Shown piece by piece: positions 1 to 9,340 of a stretch of 64,000 nucleotides of DNA. Within the stretch, counting starts at the first letter, position 1. Every line of letters begins with the position of its first letter. Under the pieces are notes generated by a model, which saw only the letters and a program-made list of their open reading frames with translations, searched no databases and was not told the DNA's origin. Both the position numbers and the translations under genes were made by a program. Source of the DNA: Candidatus Omnitrophica bacterium UBA6249 (GTDB taxonomy: Bacteria > Omnitrophota > Gorgyraeia > Gygaellales > Profunditerraquicolaceae); NCBI GenBank assembly GCA_002441305.1, contig DJVT01000009.1, positions 76,839 through 140,838 of the forward strand, in the 5' to 3' direction.

Positions 1-170
1 AAATAGTAGCAGAAGCAGGGGTTCCTATTCCCGTTTGGCGTCATGGTATTCCGGATGTTTTTACCGAAAGCGGGACACCGGAAGATTTGGAACTTAAATA
101 TAATCTAGATTCTGTTAGCATAGCCAAAAAAGTGCGGGAATGTTTATCTTTACTACCAAAAAGAGTCTAA
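1..170 (+). CDS. 3' end of a transketolase C-terminal-subunit-like (or DXS-like) protein, partial
   Basis: Frame 3 reads ...GIPDVFTESGTPEDLELKYNLDSVSIAKKVRE... to TAA at 168-170. The pattern resembles the C-terminus of the split transketolase subunit at 22156-23073. Confidence 0.4.
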   Translation, partial: IVAEAGVPIPVWRHGIPDVFTESGTPEDLELKYNLDSVSIAKKVRECLSLLPKRV

Positions 171-188
171 AAGTGTTGGAATAATTCA

Positions 189-998
189 ATGAAAATTAAT
201 AATAAAACAGAGATCTGTATTTCGATTGCTCAACATCCTAGTAATTTTGGTGTGACGGTACATAATACAGCCTATGAAAAAATGGGTTTAAATTTTATTT
301 ACAAACCCTTTAAAATAACAGATTTAAGAGGTGCTATCAGGGCTATTAGGGTATTAGGCATTCGTGGCTGTAGCGTAACTATGCCATTTAAGGAAAAAGT
401 TATTAAATATTTAGATAAGCTAGATGTAACTGCATCAGGTGTGGGGGCAGTGAATACAATAGTTAATAATAAAGGGAAGTTGATCGGTTATAACACCGAT
501 GTCTATGGGGCCTTTAGAGTGCTACAAGAATTACGGATTCCTACTAGTAATAGGATTTTAGTGTTGGGGGGAGGTGGTGTAGCAAAGGCAATTTCTTACG
601 CATTGTACAAATTAAATTTCCACAATGTTTTTATGTCCAATCGGACCATAAGAAAAGTTAAGACTATTGCGGAAAAGTTCGGTTATGAAGTGTTGCCTTG
701 GGGTAGACGTAATGATCTTGCGGCGGATATGCTTATAAATGCCACTTCTATTGGGATGGTTTCCCAGGAAAATATGATGCCGGTGTCGAATTCTGCATTA
801 AGAAAATATCATATGGTCATGGATGTTGTTGTTACACCTATACACAGTAGACTGATTAATAAAGCTAAGATGCTAAGAAAAAAGGTTATACCGGGTTATA
901 AAATGAGCTTATATCAGGCTGCAGCCCAATTTGAGTTATATTCTAGGAAAAAGGCTCCTTTGGCAATAATGCAGAAAGCGATATTATCTATGCTTTAG
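189..998 (+). CDS. shikimate 5-dehydrogenase family protein
   Basis: 269 aa. SVTMPFK, GAVNT, GYNTD and VLGGGGVAKA (Rossmann) motifs are typical of the AroE family. Confidence 0.7.
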   Translation: MKINNKTEICISIAQHPSNFGVTVHNTAYEKMGLNFIYKPFKITDLRGAIRAIRVLGIRGCSVTMPFKEKVIKYLDKLDVTASGVGAVNTIVNNKGKLIGYNTDVYGAFRVLQELRIPTSNRILVLGGGGVAKAISYALYKLNFHNVFMSNRTIRKVKTIAEKFGYEVLPWGRRNDLAADMLINATSIGMVSQENMMPVSNSALRKYHMVMDVVVTPIHSRLINKAKMLRKKVIPGYKMSLYQAAAQFELYSRKKAPLAIMQKAILSML

Positions 999-1056
999 AA
1001 TGTCGCTATGTTTTTTTGAGGACTAACTTGTACATTATTCCATTAAACTCCAATAC

Positions 1057-2196
1057 ATGAATATGAAGGTTTCATATACAGAAAGAAAAAATAGTATTAT
1101 CACAGATAAAGGAAACATAGAACGTCTTTACGAATTCAATAATTTTCCTGTATTTATAGGATGTACTGATAAAGATTATAAAGATGATTTATATGCTGAT
1201 ATGATATGGGATATTTGTGTTGATAGCGGCATGATACAATTACATAATCTGTTGTCTGCGGATATTGTCTATTCATCCTATCATTCTGAAGCAGTTGGGG
1301 GAATATGGAAAGAACACCATAATGAATTTAGCAGATTTATTTATAATTTTCATCCAAAGGATGTTCTGGAAATAGGCGGGTCGAATGGCAATCTGGCAAT
1401 TAATTATCTGGAGATACAGAATAATATTAGATCGTGGACTATTATTGAGCCGAATCCCTCCATTAAAAGTAATAAGAAAATAAAGGTTTTAAAAGGATTC
1501 TTCGGCAAGGATACTGTTGTTAATGGTATAGACACAATTGTTATTTCCCATGTACTAGAGCATATTTATGACCCCAATTCTTTCCTGCAAAACATTAATA
1601 GACATATAGAGATAGGTCAGTATCTTATTTTGAGCATCCCTAATTTGCATGTCTATTTACAAAAGAAATTTTCAAATTCTATTAATTTTGAACATACCTA
1701 TTTTTTAACAGAGTATTTCTGTAATTTTTTGTTACTAAAACATGGTTTTGAAATAGAGAAAAAAAGTTATTTTAGGGACCATAGTATTTTTCTTGCAGCC
1801 AAGAAGACAAATATAGAGCAAACACCCGAAACTGTTAATCATTATATAGAAAATAAAAGAATGTATTTAGGAATGGTTAATTATTATACTGAAGAAACTA
1901 AAAGGCTTAATTCGTTGATAGACCAATTTCCCGGGAAAATTTTTTTGTTTGGGGCGCATATTTTTTCTCAATTTTTAATTTATTTAGGACTTAACAGCAG
2001 AAAAATCAGCAACATAATAGATAACTCAGAATTAAAAAATGGCAAGCGCCTTTACGGTACGGAGCTTTATGTAAGAAAACCAGATGTTATAAATATGCAT
2101 GATTCGGTAGCTGTAATTCTAAAAGCTGGACAATATCAGAAGGAAGTTAAAAATCAATTATCTCTTTTAAAAAAAGATGTAGTTATTTGGGAGTAG
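1057..2196 (+). CDS. class I SAM-dependent methyltransferase with C-methyltransferase-type C-terminal domain
   Basis: LEIGGSNGNLA is a SAM motif. The C-terminal segment FLFGAHIFSQFL...DNSELKNGKRLYGTELYV resembles the C-terminal domain of sugar C-methyltransferases. There is no N-terminal Zn ribbon. Confidence 0.55.
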   Translation: MNMKVSYTERKNSIITDKGNIERLYEFNNFPVFIGCTDKDYKDDLYADMIWDICVDSGMIQLHNLLSADIVYSSYHSEAVGGIWKEHHNEFSRFIYNFHPKDVLEIGGSNGNLAINYLEIQNNIRSWTIIEPNPSIKSNKKIKVLKGFFGKDTVVNGIDTIVISHVLEHIYDPNSFLQNINRHIEIGQYLILSIPNLHVYLQKKFSNSINFEHTYFLTEYFCNFLLLKHGFEIEKKSYFRDHSIFLAAKKTNIEQTPETVNHYIENKRMYLGMVNYYTEETKRLNSLIDQFPGKIFLFGAHIFSQFLIYLGLNSRKISNIIDNSELKNGKRLYGTELYVRKPDVINMHDSVAVILKAGQYQKEVKNQLSLLKKDVVIWE

Positions 2197-3506
2197 CCGT
2201 GACTATCTTTTTACACAATCCCCAAAAAATAAATTTTTGGGGCAAGACTGTTCAGGATTGGGTTACGGGTGGTAAGGTAGCTTCTAAATTAGGTTACTTT
2301 CGCGATATTATAAAAAAATATAAAATTTTCATATACTGTGATAATTATGGGTCATCGTTTCCTTTTAACAATTTTGTAAAATCACGCATGTTTTCTAGTT
2401 TGGTGAAATATGTAGAAATATACTTGTGGTTGATTATAAATAACCTTAATCCATTCAGAGTGAAAGTAGTTTTTAATAGACATAGGATCAGGCGATCTGA
2501 TATTCTATTGTCAATTACCCACACTTATTTAGATACTAGGGGAGAAGCTGCAAATGCTTTGCTGGAATTAGATTGTAAGAAACTTCTTTATTTATCTCAT
2601 TACATGTTCTTTCCCTCAGTTATTGCGGAGAATATTATTAGAGGAGATAAATCAATTAAGCTTTTTGCTGAAAATAACCTAAGCAAGAACAGCCTGTTTT
2701 TTAAGAAATATTTTCCTGCCTATAAAGAGGATGTTTATACGCTCCCATTTTTATATCAAGAAAGATTTAAAAAAAATGTTCCATTTTCAAGCAGGAATAA
2801 TAAATGTTTAGCTATAGGCAGTTATCAGACTATAGATATTTACGCAAGCGCTTTTCGGAATATGTATGAATATTTCAAAGTAGATACTTTTCATCCAATG
2901 AGAAAATCTATATACGTTAATAAAGATAAAATAAAAAGATATATAGACTGCTATATTTCATACATTAATGATGATGTTAGAAATGTTTTATCGATGGTAA
3001 AGAGCCCTTCTAAAAATGTATTTAGTAAGGCGTATATAAAAGTTCATAATTATTTTATTCGTAATGTTATGGGTAGCTACACGCGACGTGCTTACTATAA
3101 CTTTGATATTACAAGACTGTATAATCAATATAAGATGATTGTTGTTCCCGAAGAAGTTGTGGATTTACCAGGAATTAGCTTCGTAGAAAGTATGGCGTGC
3201 GGATGTGCTTATTTTGGAATTAAAAGTAATATGTACAAGGATATTGGTTTAATTGATGGAGTGCATTATATTGCGTATGATAATAATTTGGACAGTCTTT
3301 TAGATCTTATTAAATATTATCAAGAGCATAATGACAAGTTAGAGAGAATTGCTGAAAACGGATATGATTTTGTAACGAAGAACTTTTCCAAGAATACAGT
3401 CTCAGAACGGTTTGTAGCCGACCTAAAAAATTTCCAGAACGCACTTATTAAAAACGAGAATAAGGCTGATGAGATTGTATTTGAATCATCATTTTGGTAT
3501 AGATAA
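2187..3506 (+). CDS. glycosyltransferase-like protein (GT1-like C-terminal half)
   Basis: The C-terminal FVESMACGCAYFG...DGVHYIAYD...AENGYDFVTKNFS resembles the GT4/GT1 donor-binding region. The N-terminal half is unrecognised. Start codon is uncertain (TTG). Confidence 0.4.
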   Translation: MGVAVTIFLHNPQKINFWGKTVQDWVTGGKVASKLGYFRDIIKKYKIFIYCDNYGSSFPFNNFVKSRMFSSLVKYVEIYLWLIINNLNPFRVKVVFNRHRIRRSDILLSITHTYLDTRGEAANALLELDCKKLLYLSHYMFFPSVIAENIIRGDKSIKLFAENNLSKNSLFFKKYFPAYKEDVYTLPFLYQERFKKNVPFSSRNNKCLAIGSYQTIDIYASAFRNMYEYFKVDTFHPMRKSIYVNKDKIKRYIDCYISYINDDVRNVLSMVKSPSKNVFSKAYIKVHNYFIRNVMGSYTRRAYYNFDITRLYNQYKMIVVPEEVVDLPGISFVESMACGCAYFGIKSNMYKDIGLIDGVHYIAYDNNLDSLLDLIKYYQEHNDKLERIAENGYDFVTKNFSKNTVSERFVADLKNFQNALIKNENKADEIVFESSFWYR

Positions 3507-4888
3507 TGAGAAAAATAGTAAAGTTATTCTCGTCGATAGGTTTCGATAAGGTTGTATCAGCTAATGTATTCTGCCAAGTAGTTATTTTAGTAACAAGTCC
3601 GGTTACGCTTTATTTCATCGGTACTTCTTTTTCGAGAGAAGCGCAAGGATATTATTATACATTTGCCAGTGTTTTAGGCTTACAAAATTTTTTGGAGCTT
3701 GGTTTTTCTCAGTGTATAGTCAATTTTTCTAGTCATGAATTTGCTAATCTTGAGATTAGAAAAGACGGTGCGCTTAGTGGAGATGGTCGTTCCAAGTCTC
3801 GTTTGATATCTATTATACGTCTTTCTTTGAAATGGTATTCTGCCATAGCAGTGTTTATCATGTTTTTCGTTTGTTTAGGGGGGTATTTTTTCTTTCATTT
3901 TCAAAAAGATTATGGAATTGTTTGGGTAATACCGTGGGTTTGTCTTTGTTTTATTACCGCTGTCAGTATTATATTATTACCGATCGGATCGATCCTTGAA
4001 GGGTGCAATCAATATCTCTGGTTAGCAAACTCCAGAATGTGGACTAAATTGTTTGGTTCCATTGCCCTTTGGATTGCCCTTATTAATGGATTAGGACTTT
4101 ATTCAGCGAGTATTTCTTTAATTGTATCTACGACATTATTTATAATAGCATTTGTTAGGAAGTGGAAGGGTTTAATATTCCAAGTTCTCCATAGCAATAT
4201 AACTCATAGTATATCTTGGATAGACGAAATTTGGCCATTTCAATGGAAGGTAGCTGTAGGTTGGATATGTGGTTTTTTTATTTTTAGCTTGTTTAATCCT
4301 GTTTTATTTGCTTTCCAGGGAGCAATAGTGGCTGGGCAAATGGGGATGACGTGGGCTATAACTTCCAGCTTAAACGGCATGGCAAACATATGGACAAACA
4401 CCAAAGCTTCTAAATTCGGAATATATGTTGCAAAAAGAAATAACAAAGACTTAGATTCTCTTTGGTTGAAGTCTACTATTCAATCTGTTTTAATCTGTTT
4501 GATAGGTTCTGTCGTAGTAATTTTGATAATAATGTTTATCAAAAAACACTATCTTATCGGGGAACGATTTCTTGGAATTAGCGAAATCTTAATTTTATGT
4601 TTTGCTAGTGTTGTGAATCAAGTGATTTTTTCTGAGAATTTGTATCTGCGTGCACACCAAAGAGAGCCGTTGTTGTTAGTTTTTGTATTTAATGCTTTTT
4701 TTACGGGCTTAGCAGTTTATTTATTCGGAAGATACCTCAATGTATTTGCAGTCTGTGCATCTTACGCGTTTTTCTTAACTTTAAGCGCATTTTTTTCCAC
4801 GATTATTTTTATTAAGCATAGAAAAAAATGGTCGCAGTCATATTATAAATATTCCCTTTCTAGAAATTATGAATTGTCGTATATGTGA
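3506..4888 (+). CDS. polytopic membrane protein, possible polysaccharide flippase (Wzx/MOP-like)
   Basis: 460 aa with about 12 hydrophobic segments, sitting in a glycan locus. No diagnostic motif recognised. Confidence 0.3.
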   Translation: MRKIVKLFSSIGFDKVVSANVFCQVVILVTSPVTLYFIGTSFSREAQGYYYTFASVLGLQNFLELGFSQCIVNFSSHEFANLEIRKDGALSGDGRSKSRLISIIRLSLKWYSAIAVFIMFFVCLGGYFFFHFQKDYGIVWVIPWVCLCFITAVSIILLPIGSILEGCNQYLWLANSRMWTKLFGSIALWIALINGLGLYSASISLIVSTTLFIIAFVRKWKGLIFQVLHSNITHSISWIDEIWPFQWKVAVGWICGFFIFSLFNPVLFAFQGAIVAGQMGMTWAITSSLNGMANIWTNTKASKFGIYVAKRNNKDLDSLWLKSTIQSVLICLIGSVVVILIIMFIKKHYLIGERFLGISEILILCFASVVNQVIFSENLYLRAHQREPLLLVFVFNAFFTGLAVYLFGRYLNVFAVCASYAFFLTLSAFFSTIIFIKHRKKWSQSYYKYSLSRNYELSYM

Positions 4889-6071
4889 TTCTCAAAATCT
4901 GGAACTCGCCGTTGATTTAGGTAAACACCCATGGGCGAATAATTTTCTATCTAAAGAACAGCTGGGAAAGGAAATCTTCTATCCTCTGCGAGTAATGTAT
5001 TGCCGCGATTGCCATACCGCGCAGCTTGATTATACCGTTCCCAAAGAGACAATGTTCGGGGATCATACGTATCTTTCAGGAATTACGAGGTCACTTAGCG
5101 AGCATTTTAGGGCTGTCTCCGAAGATGCGGATAACCGTTTCTTTAAGGAAGCCGATGGGAAGAGTGTTCTTGATATAGGTTCTAATGATGGAACTCAACT
5201 TAAGCATTATAAAGCCCTTGGCTATTACGTTTTGGGGGTGGAGTCTTCTAAGACGGTTGCCAAGATTGCCAATGATTCCGGGATAGACACACTTAACAAA
5301 TTCTTTAATTTCGAATTGGCAAGATCCTTAGGGAGAAAATTTGACATCATTAACGCTTCCGGCGTGTTTTTCCATTTGGAGGAACTGCATTCAGTAACTG
5401 AAGGGATAAGGGAGGCTTTAAAAGAAGATGGTGTATTTATCGTGCAGTTCCTGTATATGAAAAAGATTGTGGAAAATCTCGCTTTTGACCAGATCTATCA
5501 TGAGCATTTGCTTTATTACAATTTGAATACGATTGAAATATTATTGAACAAGCACGGATTGGCGATGTTTGATGCCTATATTTCCCCTATACACGGCGGC
5601 TCGGTAGTCGGATTCGTGTCTCATCGAGGCAAGAGGGGTGTTTCCCAGAGGTTGCGTGCTTTAAGAGAGGATGAAGAGAAGGATGGTGTGAATAGTTTAA
5701 AGGCTTATTTGGATTTTTCTGAACGAATGAAAAAGAAGAAAGAAGATAATCTTGCCTTTTTTGAAACAGCTAAGAAACAAGGGAAGCGGATATTCGGATT
5801 CGGGGCTCCGGTCAAAGGGAATACATTGCTGAATTATTTTGAGATAGGCACCGATCATATTGAATGTTTGGTGGAGAAGAATGAACTGCGCCGCGGTTTA
5901 TATTCTCCCGGCATGCATATCCCTATTGTTATCGAACGGGAATTAAAGGAAATGCCGGATATTTATTATGTTTTAGCGTGGAATTTCAGGAATGAAATAT
6001 TGGCTAATAATAAGAAGTTAATTGACAGGGGGGTTGAGTTTTATTTTCCGGTTAACCCTAAGGAGAATTAG
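4869..6071 (+). CDS. NDP-hexose C-methyltransferase family protein (Zn-ribbon + SAM MTase + C-terminal domain)
   Basis: The N-terminal CRIC...CRDC zinc ribbon, the DIGSNDG SAM motif and the C-terminal FGFGAPVKGNTLLNYF...SPGMHIPIV give the architecture of TylCIII-type sugar C-methyltransferases. Confidence 0.7.
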   Translation: MNCRICDSQNLELAVDLGKHPWANNFLSKEQLGKEIFYPLRVMYCRDCHTAQLDYTVPKETMFGDHTYLSGITRSLSEHFRAVSEDADNRFFKEADGKSVLDIGSNDGTQLKHYKALGYYVLGVESSKTVAKIANDSGIDTLNKFFNFELARSLGRKFDIINASGVFFHLEELHSVTEGIREALKEDGVFIVQFLYMKKIVENLAFDQIYHEHLLYYNLNTIEILLNKHGLAMFDAYISPIHGGSVVGFVSHRGKRGVSQRLRALREDEEKDGVNSLKAYLDFSERMKKKKEDNLAFFETAKKQGKRIFGFGAPVKGNTLLNYFEIGTDHIECLVEKNELRRGLYSPGMHIPIVIERELKEMPDIYYVLAWNFRNEILANNKKLIDRGVEFYFPVNPKEN

Positions 6072-6074
6072 ATA

Positions 6075-6992
6075 ATGGATATATTGATTACAGGGGCGTC
6101 CGGTTTCCTTGGAACGGCATTATGTCGAAAACTTCGTGCGGATGGCCATTCTTTGACAGAGTTGAATTCCGGGAATTGCGACCTGACCAGAGACAATTCA
6201 TTGTCCGGGTTTAACAATAAAAAATATGACCAGATATATCATCTTGCGGCCTGGACGCAGGCGGGTGATTTTTGCCTCCATCATCCAGGCGAACAGTGGG
6301 TTATTAACCAGAAGATTAACACCAATGTTTTAAGCTGGTGGAAAGAGAGCCAGCCGCAGGCAAAGGTGATTTGCATGGGGACAAGCTGTGCTTATGACCC
6401 TGCGCTTCCCTTAAAAGAGGATAATTATTTAAAAGGTAAGCCCATAGATAGTTTATTCGCTTATGCGATGACCAAAAGAATGCTTTATGCGGGGTTGGTG
6501 GCGTTAAATAGGCAATTTGGGCTGAAATACCTTTGCCTTGTCCCATCTACTCTTTACGGGCCGGGTTATCATACTGACGGGCGTCAGATGCACTTTATAT
6601 TTGACCTTATCCGGAAGATACTGCGGGGAAGGGATAAGGGAGAGGAAGTGGTTCTTTGGGGGAGCGGGCATCAAAAAAGAGAGATAGTCTATATCGATGA
6701 TTTTATAGAGGTTATGTTGAGATTGAATAAGATATACGAAAATAAGCTTATCAATGTGGGAGCTGGAAGGGAATTTGCTATTCGCTATTTCGCTAAGACT
6801 ATCTGCGAAATGACCGGTTTCAGCTTTAATAAGATTAAGTTCGACAGGGAAAAATACACTGGCGCTAAATCCAAGTGTCTGAATATAGAAACTTTGAGGA
6901 AAAGGCTTCCAGATTTCAAAATGATTCCTTTAAAGGATGGCATCCAAAAAACAATCAGTTGGTTTGAGGCAAACGAGGGATTGATAAAATGA
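6075..6992 (+). CDS. NAD(P)-dependent sugar epimerase/reductase (GDP-L-fucose-synthase-like SDR)
   Basis: ITGASGFLG is a Rossmann motif and YAMTKRM is the YxxxK catalytic motif. 305 aa, with RBS aggagaa upstream. Confidence 0.65.
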   Translation: MDILITGASGFLGTALCRKLRADGHSLTELNSGNCDLTRDNSLSGFNNKKYDQIYHLAAWTQAGDFCLHHPGEQWVINQKINTNVLSWWKESQPQAKVICMGTSCAYDPALPLKEDNYLKGKPIDSLFAYAMTKRMLYAGLVALNRQFGLKYLCLVPSTLYGPGYHTDGRQMHFIFDLIRKILRGRDKGEEVVLWGSGHQKREIVYIDDFIEVMLRLNKIYENKLINVGAGREFAIRYFAKTICEMTGFSFNKIKFDREKYTGAKSKCLNIETLRKRLPDFKMIPLKDGIQKTISWFEANEGLIK

Positions 6993-7542
6993 AAGACAAA
7001 CCTTTTTCAAGATTGAGCAAGTTATTGTCCAGTATTAAAACTACTACTTCCGGAAGAAAAGAAATTAATTTCCAAGACGCGGTAGAAAGCATATCAAAAT
7101 TAATTTTAAAAACCAAGAAATCAGGCGGGAAGATAATGATAATCGGTAACGGTGGAAGTGCTTCTATAGCGAGCCATATCGCTCTGATTTATTGAAAAAT
7201 TATGAAATTCCAGCAATGGCTTTCAATGATTCCAGTTTGCTTACTTGTTTAAGCAATGATTTAGGGTATGAGTATGTGTTTTCTGTTCCTATAGGGAAAT
7301 TAGCAAAAAAGAAGGATGTTGTATTTGCCATAAGTAGCTCTGGTAAGTCTAAAAATATATTAAACGCAGTCAGCAAGGCGAAAGAAAAAGGATGCATTTT
7401 AATTTCTTTATCGGGTTTTTCACAGTCAAATCCGCTAAGGGACATGGGAAAGAATAATTTTTATGTGCCAAGTTTTTCTTATGGAGATGTAGAAATTGCC
7501 CATCTTGCGATTTGCCATGCGATAGCAGATTCAATGATTTAA
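6989..7542 (+). pseudogene. SIS-domain phosphoheptose isomerase (GmhA-like), interrupted by a frameshift
   Basis: ORF 6989-7195 ends ...IIGNGGSASIASHIALIY*. A second frame continues DLLKNYEIPAMAFNDSSLLTCLSNDLGYEYVF...ISSSGKSKN...ISLSG. The two frames join as HIAL-DLLKNY if one base is restored near 7184-7186. Confidence 0.6.
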
Positions 7543-7615
7543 TATTATTTTAAAGCACGGTAGATACCATCTCGTTTTGTTTCAAGAAAGAATTTTAGAT
7601 CTATACTTATGAAAT

Positions 7616-8278
7616 ATGTTTAAGTTGATTCTTGCGTTATTGTTGAAATCACGGGGAAAGGTTAGTTTTTTAGCTTCAGTGTCTAAAAATGCAAGAATCT
7701 TAGATGTAGGCTGTGGTAATAATTCTCCATTCAAGACTAAAATTCAACGGCCGGATATTTTTTATGTTGGTTTAGATGTGGGCAACTATAATCAGAAGAT
7801 AAACCCTATTATATACGCTGATGAGTATATGGTGGTTTGCCCGGAAGATTTTGTTCCAAAGATTAATTCTTTTAAAGAATCTTTTGATGCAGTTATCAGC
7901 TCCCATAATTTGGAACACTGCGGGGATCAAAAAGATGTTTTGTCCGCAATGTTAAAATCATTGAAGAGTAAAGGTAGGATATTCCTTTCTTTCCCTTGCG
8001 AAGGAAGCATAAATTTTCCTTCTAGAAGGGGTGCCTTAAATTTCTATGATGACCCGACTCACAAAAATGTTCCTGATTTTGATAATACATTAGAGCAAAT
8101 CCGCCTTGGTGGTTTTAATATTGATTTTGCCGCAAGAAGATACCGGCCATTTACATTGGCCGCTGCCGGTTTTATTTTAAATCCTTGTTCCGCTATGCTT
8201 AGATGCAATATTCCTTTTGGTTTAACTTGGGCATATTATGGTTTTGAAAGTATAATCTGGGCTTCCAAGATACACTAA
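7616..8278 (+). CDS. class I SAM-dependent methyltransferase
   Basis: ILDVGCGNN is the SAM motif, and VISSHNLEHC...KGRIFLSFP follows it. Confidence 0.6.
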   Translation: MFKLILALLLKSRGKVSFLASVSKNARILDVGCGNNSPFKTKIQRPDIFYVGLDVGNYNQKINPIIYADEYMVVCPEDFVPKINSFKESFDAVISSHNLEHCGDQKDVLSAMLKSLKSKGRIFLSFPCEGSINFPSRRGALNFYDDPTHKNVPDFDNTLEQIRLGGFNIDFAARRYRPFTLAAAGFILNPCSAMLRCNIPFGLTWAYYGFESIIWASKIH

Positions 8279-8284
8279 TTTATT

Positions 8285-9340
8285 GTGATGAAAAAAATAT
8301 TATTATTAGAACTTTGGGGGATAGGTGACGTTGTCCTTGCCAGCGGAGTGTTAAAACAGCTAAAAAGAAGCCTCCCAAAGGCAGAAATCGTACTCTTGGC
8401 CAAGGAGCATTCTAAGGAGGTGTTATTTTATAATAGTGGTATTGACAGAATTATAGCCTATGATTTTCCCTGGACTAAATTTAGCGGTAAATATTTGTTA
8501 TGGAGATGGGATTGGATTAGTTTGTTTATGTTGATTAGGCGGCTGCGATCTGAGAAGTTTGACTTGATTCTTGATGCAAGGGGGGATGTTAGAAACAATT
8601 TCCTTTCATTTTTAATTGGAGCAAAACGGAGAATCGGTTACGATTGGACTGGCGGTGGGTGTTTTCTAACAGATGTCGTAAGATCTGATCGGGAGAAGAT
8701 GCACCGGGTAGATGCATGGGGAAATTTATTAAAATATATCGGGATAGAAAATTGTAATATTAATCCTGCTATTGCAGTTTCTGAAGAATATGAGAGGTGG
8801 GCAGAGAAATTTTTGCAAGATAGGAGAGTTGATAGAAATAAAATTATAGCAGGCATACATCCTGGAGCCAGAATAAAAACGCGATGTTGGCCTCTTGATA
8901 GGTTTTCTGTAGTAGCAGATTACTTGAGGAAGAAAGATTGTGAAGTATTTATTTTTATTGAACCTGGAGGGTACGGGGAAGATATTCGTGTTCCTGATGG
9001 CTGCCATAAGGTTAAACTTAATCTTCATGAACTTATTGCACTTACTAAAAGATTAGATTTTTTAATCTGTAACGATAGCGGGATCATGCATATATCTACT
9101 GCCGTAGGGACACCGGTCGTAGCTATCTTTGGCCCTATGAAACCTGAATGGTTTGGCCCATATGGGGGAGACAATCTGGTTATTATTAAAGAAGATATTT
9201 CGTGCCGGCCTTGTTTTGATTATTGCAAATATGATGAGGCTCGTTGCTTAACCGCTATCCATAAGGACGAGGTAATTGATAAAGTGGAAGGGGTGATTAA
9301 TAAGCTTGCTGTGTTAAAAAATAATCATGCTAAATTATAG
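8285..9340 (+). CDS. glycosyltransferase family 9 (heptosyltransferase-like)
   Basis: The N-terminal LWGIGDVVLASGVLKQLK and the C-terminal ICNDSGIMHISTAVGTPVVAIFGP are typical of GT9. Confidence 0.75.
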   Translation: MMKKILLLELWGIGDVVLASGVLKQLKRSLPKAEIVLLAKEHSKEVLFYNSGIDRIIAYDFPWTKFSGKYLLWRWDWISLFMLIRRLRSEKFDLILDARGDVRNNFLSFLIGAKRRIGYDWTGGGCFLTDVVRSDREKMHRVDAWGNLLKYIGIENCNINPAIAVSEEYERWAEKFLQDRRVDRNKIIAGIHPGARIKTRCWPLDRFSVVADYLRKKDCEVFIFIEPGGYGEDIRVPDGCHKVKLNLHELIALTKRLDFLICNDSGIMHISTAVGTPVVAIFGPMKPEWFGPYGGDNLVIIKEDISCRPCFDYCKYDEARCLTAIHKDEVIDKVEGVINKLAVLKNNHAKL

